The notes under the pieces: model-generated
The model's input: the letters and a program-made list of their open reading frames with translations, nothing else
The model's database searches: none
What the model was told of the DNA's origin: nothing
In this document: positions 1-8,633 of the stretch, in pieces
Position numbering within the stretch: the first letter of the stretch is position 1
Layout: every line of letters starts with the position of its first letter
Made by a program: the position numbers and the translations under genes
NCBI GenBank assembly: GCA_017468345.1
Contig: JAFUIT010000046.1
Coordinates: 1 to 62,165 of the forward strand
DNA from: Clostridia bacterium
Lineage (GTDB): Bacteria > Bacillota > Clostridia > Christensenellales > Borkfalkiaceae
Length of the DNA stretch: 62,165 bases
Direction: 5' to 3'

Positions 1-1245
1 GGTATGCTGTAACGGCTCGACGCGGAAATTTTCCACCTCGTGCTGTTTCCACGTTTCCACGGGATGAAAAATCGTCAAGGGTTTCGTATCGTCGATTTCT
101 TCGTCGTGCAAAGTGATCAAATCCGCAATCGCCATGCCGTTTTCCCGATCGTACAAACGGTACAGTTTCTTAAATCCGGGGTTGGTGATTTTGATATGGT
201 TATCCGACAGCTTGATTTTCGGCGTCGCCACTCCGTTTTCGTCAATGACGGAGGAAAGCTTATACACGCCGCCAAGGGAAGGCAAATCTTCCGAAGTGAT
301 CAACTTCGTCCCGATCCCCCAACTGTCGATTTGCGCGCCCTGTTGTAAAAGGGAATTGATCAACCGTTCGTCCAAATCGCCCGAAACGCAAATGATCGCC
401 TCGGGGAAACCTGCGTCGTCCAACATTTTACGCGCCTTTTTGGAAAGGTATGCAAGGTCGCCGCTGTCCAAGCGAATTCCTTTGGGCGTATGTCCCGCCG
501 CCTTCAATTCCTTAAATACCTTGATGGCGTTGGGTACGCCGCTACGCAAAGTGTCGTAAGTATCGACAAGCAACATACAGCTGTCGGGATAAGCCTTTGC
601 ATAGGCGCGGAACGCGTCGTATTCGGTAGGATAATCCATGACGAAACTGTGCGCCATCGTGCCTGCCACGGGCACGTCGAACATTTGGCCTGCAATCACG
701 TTCGACGTCGACGAACAACCGCCGATGATCGCTGCCCTCGCACCGTATATCCCTGCGTCCGGGCCTTGCGCTCTGCGCAAACCGAACTCCATCACAAGCC
801 CTTTGCCGCCCGTCGCCCTGCAAATTTTGGACGACTTCGTCGCGATCAAAGTTTGGTGGTTGATGATGTTCAGCAGTGCCGTTTCCGCAAACTGCGCCTG
901 TATCAAAGGAGCTTTGATCGTCAAGATCGGCTCGTTGGGGAACACCGGCTCGCCCTCTCTCACCGCGTACACGTCCCCCGTGAAACGCATATTCTTTAAA
1001 TATTCGAGGAACCCTTCGTCAAAGAGATTTAACGAACGGAGATAGGCAATATCCTCCTCGTCAAAATGCCAGTTCAAAAGATAATCCATCGCCTGTTCAA
1101 GTCCTGCGGCGATCGAATAACTGATCAACTCCCTTCTTCTAAAAAACAAATCGAAGGTTACCGTTTCCTCATGCTTGCCGTTCTTATAAAAGCCGTAGCC
1201 CATCGTCAACTGATAAAGGTCGGTTAAAAGGGTCAAATTTCTCAT
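1..1245 (-). CDS. pncB: nicotinate phosphoribosyltransferase, C-terminus cut by the window edge
   Basis: Absent from the ORF track because it has no stop in the window. Hand translation from ATG 1245-1243 gives MRNLTLLTDLYQLTMGYGFYKNGKHEE...GLRRAQGPDAG...AGTMAHSFV...LLVDTYDT, and the frame stays open to position 1. ATGA overlap with the lgt stop. Confidence 0.88.
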   Translation of the reverse strand, partial: MRNLTLLTDLYQLTMGYGFYKNGKHEETVTFDLFFRRRELISYSIAAGLEQAMDYLLNWHFDEEDIAYLRSLNLFDEGFLEYLKNMRFTGDVYAVREGEPVFPNEPILTIKAPLIQAQFAETALLNIINHQTLIATKSSKICRATGGKGLVMEFGLRRAQGPDAGIYGARAAIIGGCSSTSNVIAGQMFDVPVAGTMAHSFVMDYPTEYDAFRAYAKAYPDSCMLLVDTYDTLRSGVPNAIKVFKELKAAGHTPKGIRLDSGDLAYLSKKARKMLDDAGFPEAIICVSGDLDERLINSLLQQGAQIDSWGIGTKLITSEDLPSLGGVYKLSSVIDENGVATPKIKLSDNHIKITNPGFKKLYRLYDRENGMAIADLITLHDEEIDDTKPLTIFHPVETWKQHEVENFRVEPLQHT

Positions 1246-2234
1246 TTTTCTTCCTCCGAAGACTCGCTGTTTGGCTTTTCCTCTCCGTTTTCCGTTTTTT
1301 CTTCCTTTGTTTCAGGAACGGAGAAGTTTTCGGGATAGATCGAGCACATCATATTTACTTTGTTAAAGTAAGCCTTTTCATCTTTCGTATCCCCGATAAA
1401 TTTCGTGATACCGTAAGGATCGCCGTTTGCCGAGCCGAGCAGTTTTCCTTCCTTTTTTATATTCGTCAACAATACGTAAACGAGCAACGCCACGCCGAAA
1501 ACGAACAGCAGAATGGAAAAGACAAACGACCAAGGGATCGCCCCTTCGCTTAAAATGAACTCCTGATAACGAAGCGGTTCCATAATCGAACGGGTCAGCC
1601 CGTATACGATAAAGTAGCAAGCCGTGTTAATGCCATTGGGTTTTTTGGGGTTGAGCCATGCATGAATGAACATCAAAATCGCCGCCGTCAGCGTCACCAT
1701 GCTTTCATAGAAGAAGAATGCATAATACCACCCGTCGGGCGCAACCGTCGATTCGGTAATGTATACGGCGATCGGGAAAAATTGCAACGCCTCGTTGGTC
1801 ACCGCCCTGCCGAATACTTCTTGATTGATGAAGTTCCCCCAACGTCCAACCGACTGCGCCAACAGCAAGCCGACAACGATACAATCGCCCGCGCGGAAGA
1901 AATTCACCTTTTTAAAATAGCACACGCCGATGACGCTGAGCAAACCGCCGATGATGCCGCCCGTGATGGCAAGCCCGCCGTCCTGTATCCTCCACCAGTC
2001 CTTGAACGGAATGCCGTCCGTGATACAGTAAAACACGCGAGTCGTGACGATTGCGATCGGCACGCAAATGACGAAAAAGGTCAAAAACAGATCGGTCGAC
2101 ATATTTCTGCGCTTAAACAACAGCGAAATGACGAAAAACGCCGCGATCATCCCGCATACAATGATGACCGCATACCAATAAATCGGATACCCAAATACGG
2201 TAAAATATCTCGCCAAAACATTGGAAATTGCCAT
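1242..2234 (-). CDS. lgt: prolipoprotein diacylglyceryl transferase with an acidic C-terminal tail
   Basis: Polytopic membrane protein with GGLAITGGIIGG and GRWGNFINQEVFG motifs. AAGGAGG lies upstream of ATG 2234. The Glu/Ser/Lys-rich tail is an extension relative to typical Lgt. Confidence 0.9.
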   Translation of the reverse strand: MAISNVLARYFTVFGYPIYWYAVIIVCGMIAAFFVISLLFKRRNMSTDLFLTFFVICVPIAIVTTRVFYCITDGIPFKDWWRIQDGGLAITGGIIGGLLSVIGVCYFKKVNFFRAGDCIVVGLLLAQSVGRWGNFINQEVFGRAVTNEALQFFPIAVYITESTVAPDGWYYAFFFYESMVTLTAAILMFIHAWLNPKKPNGINTACYFIVYGLTRSIMEPLRYQEFILSEGAIPWSFVFSILLFVFGVALLVYVLLTNIKKEGKLLGSANGDPYGITKFIGDTKDEKAYFNKVNMMCSIYPENFSVPETKEEKTENGEEKPNSESSEEEK

Positions 2235-2294
2235 AACAGCCTCCTTGTGCGAACGTTTTTCCGTCCGCAGCTTTTATTATTATAGCATAATAAT

Positions 2295-2330
2295 AAAAAG
2301 TCGTCAAGAACTCACTGACGACTTTTTTAT
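2295..2330. terminator. bidirectional intrinsic terminator between folT and the lgt promoter
   Basis: Hairpin AGTCGTCA-loop-TGACGACT, flanked by an A-run and a T-run. Confidence 0.7.
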
Positions 2331-2352
2331 TTTTTATTTAAATATCGCCCGT

Positions 2353-2949
2353 TTAAACGATTTTTATCTTCAACGGCTTAATTTTTCCAAGCGCAGGCGC
2401 GCAAATAAACAATAGCGCATAATTGACAAGGCTGTTCCAAATTTGCCCCTGCACGAAAAGGCGCGACACCAAATAAGTGGCGTAATCCACTTTCGAATAG
2501 AGCAACCAAAACGCGGTCGTATTGATCAACACGGTGCAAATGGTGAAACTCAAAAGGCATACGCATGCCAACTTCACGTATAAAAACCATCGTTTTTCAC
2601 TGCGAATCCCATTGACGATCAAACCCGACAAAGCCGCGGTTATTCCCAACGAGATACCGATCCACGGCATATACGCAAACCCTGCCGAATGGTACAAAAA
2701 ACCGACCAAGTCCCCTAAAAAGCAGGCGACAAACCCGAACAACGGACCGATGACCATCCCCGTCAGCGCCGATACCAAAAGCGTAAGCGAAAATTGCGTT
2801 TCCGCCAGCTTGAATTCGAAAAACATATTCGCCACGACGCTAAACGCCGTCATAACGGCGATATAGGCGATTTTATGGCTCTTGTTTTTGCTTGCCAAAG
2901 TTTCGGAAAACAGCCACCGTTGCCACGGTTGCACTCCCTTTTCGGACAT
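2353..2949 (-). CDS. folT: ECF transporter S-component, folate family (FolT-like)
   Basis: About 6-TM small membrane protein lying directly downstream of a THF riboswitch. I place the start at MSEKGVQPW (ATG 2949-2947), which follows GGGAGG. The longer track ORF to 3105 would run through the riboswitch. Confidence 0.75.
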   Translation of the reverse strand: MSEKGVQPWQRWLFSETLASKNKSHKIAYIAVMTAFSVVANMFFEFKLAETQFSLTLLVSALTGMVIGPLFGFVACFLGDLVGFLYHSAGFAYMPWIGISLGITAALSGLIVNGIRSEKRWFLYVKLACVCLLSFTICTVLINTTAFWLLYSKVDYATYLVSRLFVQGQIWNSLVNYALLFICAPALGKIKPLKIKIV

Positions 2950-3032
2950 AATAAAAACCTCCCGACGTGAGAGGTCCGCATTTGTAAATATGGGCCCCTT
3001 CTCGCATTTCATCGCGAACATGGGTACTCCGT

Positions 3033-3130
3033 TTTGTAGCGGACGCGCCTTTGCACCGCAGGATTTTTTCCTTTCGTTCACCGACAACGTCCCGTTCGGC
3101 GACACTTTACGCGCAAAAGGCTACTCTTAC
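3033..3130 (-). promoter_or_regulatory. THF (tetrahydrofolate) riboswitch
   Basis: The minus-strand RNA reads AAGAGUAGCC..GCGCGUAAAGUGUCGCCGAACGGGACGUUGUCGGUGAACGAAAGG..CUGCGGUGCAAAGGCGCGUCCGCUAC. It matches the folT-motif core segment by segment (GAGUAG / GCGUNAAGUG / GAAYGGGAYGU / AACGAA / GCGGUG / UCCGCU). GUAGC pairs with GCUAC as P1. A downstream ACCUCUC segment can pair with the GGGAGG RBS. Confidence 0.8.
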
Positions 3131-3144
3131 TTTTTCTACCTATG

Positions 3145-3173
3145 ATTATATCCCCTTACAAAAAAAAACGCAA
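3145..3173 (-). promoter_or_regulatory. sigma-A type promoter for the THF riboswitch and folT
   Basis: Minus strand reads TTGCGT, 17 nt, TATAAT, ending about 15 nt upstream of the riboswitch. Confidence 0.6.
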
Positions 3174-3184
3174 GCGTTTCGCCT

Positions 3185-3916
3185 ATGTTTACGAATATTT
3201 TTCCACTCCCTTCTCAAAATAGAGGTATGGGACTTATTTTTATCCGCACCGTGATCGTTTTTATTACCCTTTTCATCGTCATGCGCTTGATGGGGAAAAG
3301 GCAAATCGGGGAAATGCAACCCTACGAGCTGGTTATCACGCTTATCATCGCCGAGCTTGCCTGCATTCCGATGGAGGACACTTCCATCCCTTTGCTATAC
3401 GGCGTCATTTCCATTTTAACCGTCTACCTTTTACACCAAATCGTTTGTATCATCGATTTAAACGTACGGGGCGCAAAAGTCGTTTTAAGCGGTTCGCCCA
3501 GCATCGTTCTCAATAAAAACGGCATCGACGACACGCAGCTCAAAAAAAACAACCTCGACGTTTCCGACCTCATCGAAAGCCTGCGTTTGGAGGGGTATTT
3601 TTCTCTCGATTCCGTCGAATATGCCTTGTACGAGTCGGAGGGCACTTTTTCCGCCCTGCCGAAAAAGAATTATGAAGAATTGCAAACCTCTTTACCCGTG
3701 ATCATTGTCGACGAGGGGAAATTTATCAAAAACAACGTTACCCTTACCAAGCGTTCGCAAACCTATTATCACGACGTTTTAAAGGGGCAGGGTTGCGATG
3801 AACTGAAAAAAGTCCTCGTTATGACAGTAGACGGAGAAGGCAAAGTATACCTGCAGGAAAAAGGTAAAAAGTACAAAACTTTCCGCTTGGAGGACTGGGC
3901 GGAAAAGCTGTGGTAA
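3185..3916 (+). CDS. DUF421 (YetF-like) membrane protein
   Basis: N-terminus FIVMRLMGKRQIGEMQPYELVITLIIAELA, plus a soluble C-terminal domain typical of the YetF/YdfS family. ATG 3227 (MGLIF) is an alternative start. Confidence 0.75.
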   Translation: MFTNIFPLPSQNRGMGLIFIRTVIVFITLFIVMRLMGKRQIGEMQPYELVITLIIAELACIPMEDTSIPLLYGVISILTVYLLHQIVCIIDLNVRGAKVVLSGSPSIVLNKNGIDDTQLKKNNLDVSDLIESLRLEGYFSLDSVEYALYESEGTFSALPKKNYEELQTSLPVIIVDEGKFIKNNVTLTKRSQTYYHDVLKGQGCDELKKVLVMTVDGEGKVYLQEKGKKYKTFRLEDWAEKLW

Positions 3917-3926
3917 AGGAGGAATT

Positions 3927-4304
3927 ATGATTCGCACAATCATCAGCATTGTCATCACCCTTGCGCTTATCGTCGGGGTGTCAATATACGATATTTATTA
4001 CGTACAAACGACTTTTCAAGTCTTTCATGAAGAATTGCGGACCCTGAAACAAAAAACCGAATTGGGCGACGCTACGTACAGCGACGGACTTGCCGTTCGT
4101 TCGTATTGGGACACCAAAAAGCAAATCATGCATATTTGGGTCCCCCATACGGTGTTGGCGGAAATCGACTACCAACTGGACGAGGCAATCGGATTTTTAT
4201 ATGTGCAGGATTACGTTGCGGCAATCCCGAAAATCGAGGTCATCTTGGGTCTTTCGGAAAACGTCCCCAACAGTTATACCCTGCACCCGGGCAATATTTT
4301 TTAA
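3927..4304 (+). CDS. DUF4363-like small membrane-anchored protein
   Basis: Single N-terminal TM segment. It follows the DUF421 gene, the usual pairing in Firmicutes. AAAGGAGG RBS. Confidence 0.6.
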   Translation: MIRTIISIVITLALIVGVSIYDIYYVQTTFQVFHEELRTLKQKTELGDATYSDGLAVRSYWDTKKQIMHIWVPHTVLAEIDYQLDEAIGFLYVQDYVAAIPKIEVILGLSENVPNSYTLHPGNIF

Positions 4305-4305
4305 A

Positions 4306-4352
4306 GAAAAAAGGCACTCATCTCGTACATGGGTGCCTTTTATTTATTTTTT
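4306..4352. terminator. bidirectional intrinsic terminator
   Basis: AGGCAC...GTGCCT hairpin flanked by an A-run and a long T-run, between convergent genes. Confidence 0.7.
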
Positions 4353-4355
4353 CTT

Positions 4356-4709
4356 TTATGCCAAACCGTAAGCGATTACGATGCGAACGTTTGCGTCGAA
4401 AATGTTGTGTAAAAACTTTTTCACCGCGTCGTTTGTCGCCGCGTCCATCTTATCCTGCTCGTTACTGCGGATCATCGTGATCATTGCGTTGAAATTTTTA
4501 TAGATGATCTGCGCGTCCTCCTCAATGGCAGTGTAAGCGTCCTCCGTACCTTCGTGCTGAATGGAGTACATTTCCTCGACCGTTTCGTTCATCGCGTATA
4601 AGAGTTCCATATTGCCCGTACGGATCATTTCCACTACTTCGTGATTCAGGTCGGCAAGCAAGCGGATAAAGCGTTGCAATGTTACGTTTCCTTCCAATTC
4701 GGTTGCCAT
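4356..4709 (-). CDS. hypothetical all-helical 117-aa protein
   Basis: ORF with a TAATG start/stop overlap with the upstream UDP-sugar pyrophosphorylase gene. I recognise no family. Confidence 0.6.
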   Translation of the reverse strand: MATELEGNVTLQRFIRLLADLNHEVVEMIRTGNMELLYAMNETVEEMYSIQHEGTEDAYTAIEEDAQIIYKNFNAMITMIRSNEQDKMDAATNDAVKKFLHNIFDANVRIVIAYGLA

Positions 4710-5938
4710 TACAAAATCACCCCGTTTCCTTTCAGCAGCTCGCGCGCGGATTCTACACTGTCGACGCCCGTCTTGTTTTTGATGGGTGCAAATTCTTTCT
4801 CGCGCACGACTTCAAAGGGCAACACGCTACCCATGGGCTTGATGAGATCGACTGCAAGCGCTTCAAACTTCTTCCCGTTTTCCTTTTCGGGCTTTCTCGT
4901 TACGCCGTCTTCGCAAAGACATTCGATCTTCTTTTCCACGATGTGCACGGGGATTTTATTATCCACGATTTCTTCCAAACGGGTCAAACGGAACAGGTAG
5001 TTCATGATTACGCCGTAGCAATATACGAGATTGCCGTTTTCGTCGCGCATATTCGCCATTTCGTCCGTCAATTCGTAATATTCGATAATATCGGGTTGCG
5101 TACCGTCTTTACAAAGTACGCCCACCTTTTCGTAAGGTTCGGTTTTGCAAATTGCCTTCGCACCGCAGTTTACGCCGCTGACGATCGTCGCGCCGACGAA
5201 TACGGGATCGGCGATACGTTGCACTACGTTGTCCACCGCATAGATATTCAACCATTCGACGCCGCGCGCGTGCAAATCTTCACAAAGCCCCGCTCGTTGC
5301 AACGAGCTGAACCAACCGCCGTTGCCGTTGGGCGAAAGCGCAACCGTATCCTTTCTTTCCAAAATAATCTTCCCGTCGAAATCCACGGCGGGCGCCATAT
5401 CCTGCTTAAAGAATTTCACCTCCGTTTCGGGATAGCCGAAATAGTTGTGTTCCTTCCAAAACGAAGTGGTCTGTTCGTGGTTTTTATCGCTCGTCATGAT
5501 GTAAAGGGGTACGGTCACACCGCATTTGCCCGTTACTTCCATCAAATTTTTCATTTGCTGTTCGAAAATATACAAAGGTTTGGTGATACCGATATCGTAC
5601 GCGCCCTTCGGTCCGTCCACGCCAAGACGAGTACCCATACCGCCGGCAAGCAATACCGCCGCCACTTTTCCCGCTTTGATCGCGGCAACGCCCGCCGCCT
5701 CAAATTCGGGCAATCTCTTTTCGATATCCGCGCGGCGAAGTCCGTCGATGGGTAAAATTTCGCGGTCCTTACCGCTGAGATCTACGGGATTGTTCAAAGC
5801 TTCTTCAAAGCTCCAATCGATATTTGCAATTCCGTCAAGCAAATTTTTCTTGCCTGCGTCATCTAATTCGTCGTAATATTTCAACAACTGCGTCTGTCCT
5901 TTTTCTTCCAACAATGCTTTTGCCTGTTCGTAAGTCAT
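4709..5938 (-). CDS. UDP-sugar / UDP-N-acetylhexosamine pyrophosphorylase (UDPGP family)
   Basis: LLAGGMGTRLGVDGPKG nucleotide-binding loop and overall UDPGP layout. Start chosen at MTYEQAK (ATG 5938), which follows AAAGGAG. The track ORF extends to 5977. Confidence 0.85.
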   Translation of the reverse strand: MTYEQAKALLEEKGQTQLLKYYDELDDAGKKNLLDGIANIDWSFEEALNNPVDLSGKDREILPIDGLRRADIEKRLPEFEAAGVAAIKAGKVAAVLLAGGMGTRLGVDGPKGAYDIGITKPLYIFEQQMKNLMEVTGKCGVTVPLYIMTSDKNHEQTTSFWKEHNYFGYPETEVKFFKQDMAPAVDFDGKIILERKDTVALSPNGNGGWFSSLQRAGLCEDLHARGVEWLNIYAVDNVVQRIADPVFVGATIVSGVNCGAKAICKTEPYEKVGVLCKDGTQPDIIEYYELTDEMANMRDENGNLVYCYGVIMNYLFRLTRLEEIVDNKIPVHIVEKKIECLCEDGVTRKPEKENGKKFEALAVDLIKPMGSVLPFEVVREKEFAPIKNKTGVDSVESARELLKGNGVIL

Positions 5939-6053
5939 TTGAAATATCTCCTTTTTCTTTTTTATATATTGTAGCAAATTTTTCCCGTGATTGCAAGGTT
6001 TTTCCTACAATTTTTTTATAAAATTCTTTCTCTGTTCTGTGTAATTCTTTCCC

Positions 6054-6082
6054 TTTACAAATTCGCGAAAATATGTTATACT
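6054..6082 (+). promoter_or_regulatory. promoter; apparently drives a leaderless mRNA
   Basis: TTTACA, 17 nt, TATACT. The -10 ends 6 nt before ATG 6089, and there is no SD. Confidence 0.5.
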
Positions 6083-6088
6083 GCATAT

Positions 6089-6529
6089 ATGAACATACAT
6101 ACTTACTTTAAGGAAAAACGCAAAGAAAAGCAGGCGAGGAACGCATATCTCAAACGGTTGTCCGAAACAGGGCTGCGCTTTCCCGTTTTTTGCAAAGTCC
6201 GTTGCGTCAAATCCTTCGACCATCAGGGCGCGATCGCGCAAAGCCGTATCGGGGACAAATTGCAAATTGTCCATACTCCTTCCGACGAACGCCCTTTCAG
6301 CGTAGCCGTGTACAGTATTCCTTTAAACCGAGTGCTCGGCTATATCGAGGAGGAATTGGCGGAAAAGTTGGTTTACCTTTTCGGACGGGATTTTTGCCGT
6401 GACGGCGAAGTGGAAATGATCACGGGCGGCGCACCTTATAAATATTACGGTTGTAATATCCGCTTGACGGACGAACAAGAATTTTTAAACGATACGGAGG
6501 ATTTTTCTAACTTACACGGCGCATACTAA
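6089..6529 (+). CDS. HIRAN-domain-like protein
   Basis: The segment ...IGDKLQIVHTPSDERPFSVAVYSIPLNRVLGYIEEELAEKL fits the HIRAN pattern (G..L.L...P.N..D..A+.V......+GY+). Start taken at MNIHTYF. The family call is tentative. Confidence 0.5.
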   Translation: MNIHTYFKEKRKEKQARNAYLKRLSETGLRFPVFCKVRCVKSFDHQGAIAQSRIGDKLQIVHTPSDERPFSVAVYSIPLNRVLGYIEEELAEKLVYLFGRDFCRDGEVEMITGGAPYKYYGCNIRLTDEQEFLNDTEDFSNLHGAY

Positions 6530-6534
6530 AATGT

Positions 6535-7227
6535 ATGAAACAAAAACTGTCTTATGCGCTGAAATGGGCAACCGCCGTAAGCTCGCTCGGCGGCGTAGCA
6601 TTAAGCCTCGTCTTTGCAACAAAACACGGGTATTCCCATTGGTCCAAACGATTGCTGTATTTCACCGCGCAATCCAACCTTTGGATCGGGCTAACGATGC
6701 TTTCAATCCTACTGTTGCCGTTATTCAAGAGTAAAAATCACGAAAAAATCAAACGGTTTTTATACCTTATGAAATACGCGTTCACCGTTTCCATTACGAT
6801 GACTTGTTTGGTATTTTGCGGTTTTCTCGCGCCGTTTGCGGACGAAAGTTATCACGTGTGGGCGTTTTCCAGCTTTTTGACCCATATCTTTTCCCCGATT
6901 TTTGCCATCGCGGACTTTTTCACGGACGAATATCGCATTCCGCTGAAAAAATATCAAGCGGTACTCGCGATTTTGCCGCCCTTTTTCTATTTCGCGCCTG
7001 TGATCCTCATGTGCGCGTTCGGGGTGGATTTCGGGCGCGGAGTCGCCTATCCGTATTACTTTTTGGATTTTCATTCCCCATTGGGATTTTTTGGAGTTTC
7101 AAGGGCGTTGCCCGCCCTTGGCAGCGTGTACTGGATATTGCTGTTTGCCGCTACCATGGTCGCGTTGAGTTTCATTTTTATCCGTTTAAACCAAACTATA
7201 TATCAAAAAAACAACCGCCGCGTTTAA
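6535..7227 (+). CDS. Pr6Pr-family (FAR-17a/AIG1-like) membrane protein
   Basis: Six predicted TM segments, with the YFTAQSNLW motif after the first helix. Confidence 0.6.
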   Translation: MKQKLSYALKWATAVSSLGGVALSLVFATKHGYSHWSKRLLYFTAQSNLWIGLTMLSILLLPLFKSKNHEKIKRFLYLMKYAFTVSITMTCLVFCGFLAPFADESYHVWAFSSFLTHIFSPIFAIADFFTDEYRIPLKKYQAVLAILPPFFYFAPVILMCAFGVDFGRGVAYPYYFLDFHSPLGFFGVSRALPALGSVYWILLFAATMVALSFIFIRLNQTIYQKNNRRV

Positions 7228-7241
7228 CGCGACGGCTCTTT

Positions 7242-7772
7242 TTATATTTTTTGAAAAACTTTCGTCAGCGGTATAAACAGCATCCCGACGGATATCGCAG
7301 TACAAATCACTTGCGGTATCATAAAGGCAAACGACGCATAAAAATACAGCTTTGCCGCGCGCGCCGTATACCCGTACCATAAAGGAGTCAATATATTATC
7401 CAACATCGTAAAACACATTGTACACACGCAGGCGACCGCCGTTAAAAACAGTAGGTTTTTCGGCTCATTTTGCACCCTTTTCCCCAACAAACCGAACAGC
7501 GCCGAAAGGGCGTTATAATACACCAAATACAACACCAAAACGGTAGGGAAAAAACCGAACACGAATTGTCTGAGCAGAGAAAACGCCGTCGCAGCAACCA
7601 TGCCGCGCTTTATCCCGAACGCATAGGAAAAGGCGACGAACAGCACCGTCACCACTTCCACCCCGGGAATTACGGACAAGCAAAGTTGTGCCGCGATCGT
7701 CAACGCGACGAATACCGCGACGTATGCGCAATCCTTCCCGATGGTTGTTTTCGGCCGTTTTTTACCGTTCAT
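7242..7772 (-). CDS. small polytopic membrane protein, ECF S-component-like; candidate cobalamin-related transporter component
   Basis: 176 aa with 5-6 TM segments. It is the second gene of an operon headed by a cobalamin riboswitch. Confidence 0.6.
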   Translation of the reverse strand: MNGKKRPKTTIGKDCAYVAVFVALTIAAQLCLSVIPGVEVVTVLFVAFSYAFGIKRGMVAATAFSLLRQFVFGFFPTVLVLYLVYYNALSALFGLLGKRVQNEPKNLLFLTAVACVCTMCFTMLDNILTPLWYGYTARAAKLYFYASFAFMIPQVICTAISVGMLFIPLTKVFQKI

Positions 7773-7793
7773 CTCATACCTGCCTGCTTGCTT

Positions 7794-8264
7794 TTAAAAT
7801 TTCGTGTACACCCAAACGTACACTTCGCCCTCTAATACGGGTAAAGCCTCCGCACCGAACATCGCACTGCCAAGCGTTTCTCCCTTATACGTATACGTAC
7901 CCCATTCCGTATTCGACAATTCCCCGTCCGAAGTGTACAACATCCAACAATAACTCCAATCCGCGGGATTTGCCTTGCCGTTGATTGCATTGACCATACC
8001 GCTTGCGTCCGTCGTAAAAGAAAGCGCTTCCTTTTCGCGCAAATATTTCATAATATCCACAAGCTTTTGATTTTCTTCCGCCTTCAAAACGCGGATCGCC
8101 ACCATATCTTCTCCCGTTTCTTCCACGGCGGCAAGTTCTTCCTCTGCAGAAAGGCTGGCGGACGTTTCCGTTTCGGAGCCAAACAAGGAACTGATGAAAT
8201 CGCAGGACGCAAAACCAAAACAGGTCATAAGAGCCAACAAAAAAGAAATAAGTTTACGTTTCAT
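7794..8264 (-). CDS. DUF4430 (transcobalamin-like) lipoprotein
   Basis: Signal peptide plus lipobox (GFASC). C-terminal W.LY...G......G..Y...G..+.WVY pattern typical of DUF4430. GAGGAGG RBS. Confidence 0.65.
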   Translation of the reverse strand: MKRKLISFLLALMTCFGFASCDFISSLFGSETETSASLSAEEELAAVEETGEDMVAIRVLKAEENQKLVDIMKYLREKEALSFTTDASGMVNAINGKANPADWSYCWMLYTSDGELSNTEWGTYTYKGETLGSAMFGAEALPVLEGEVYVWVYTKF

Positions 8265-8307
8265 AGCGAAACCTCCTCAAAAATATTCAAAATAAAATGT
8301 GACAAAA

Positions 8308-8380
8308 GCAAAAAAACCGAATATCGCTTCCTGCGATATTCGGGTAAAAGACAATGCAAAACCGCCGCTTTTCGGCGGCT
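8308..8380 (-). terminator. two tandem intrinsic terminators (cobalamin riboswitch expression platform)
   Basis: On the minus strand, CCGCCG-AAAAG-CGGCGG followed by UUUUG, then CCGAAUAUCGC-loop-GCGAUAUUCGG followed by UUUUUUU. Both lie upstream of the RBS at 8270. Confidence 0.7.
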
Positions 8381-8424
8381 CTTTTACGTCCTTTCCGCCT
8401 CTCCGCAGAAATTCAGCGTCTAAA

Positions 8425-8612
8425 ACGCACGGCAGGTCTCCCGACTTACAACGCTTTGCACGCAAATAATCGCGCACATGCCCCCTTCCTTCCCATTTTC
8501 ACAGTGAAAAGGAGCAAAGCGTTCGTACGGTTGCGGAGGCAGTGGGGCAATTCGCTTTCGCAAGTTCCCGCTTCCCTATTAAATTCCTTCCGCAGAAGGA
8601 ATACCGTTCGTT
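8425..8612 (-). promoter_or_regulatory. cobalamin (B12) riboswitch
   Basis: Minus-strand RNA reads UUAAUAGGGAAGCGGGAA...GCCCCACUGCC...GGGAAGGAAGG...AAGUCGGGAGACCUGCCG. The last segment is the B12 box (AGYCMGGAGACCKGCC). Confidence 0.85.
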
Positions 8613-8633
8613 CGTATTCGATTGTATGAAAAA

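Noticed and set aside
2950-3105. N-terminal 52-aa extension of the folT ORF
   Set aside because: It would be translated through the THF riboswitch aptamer. The internal ATG at 2949 has a GGGAGG RBS.
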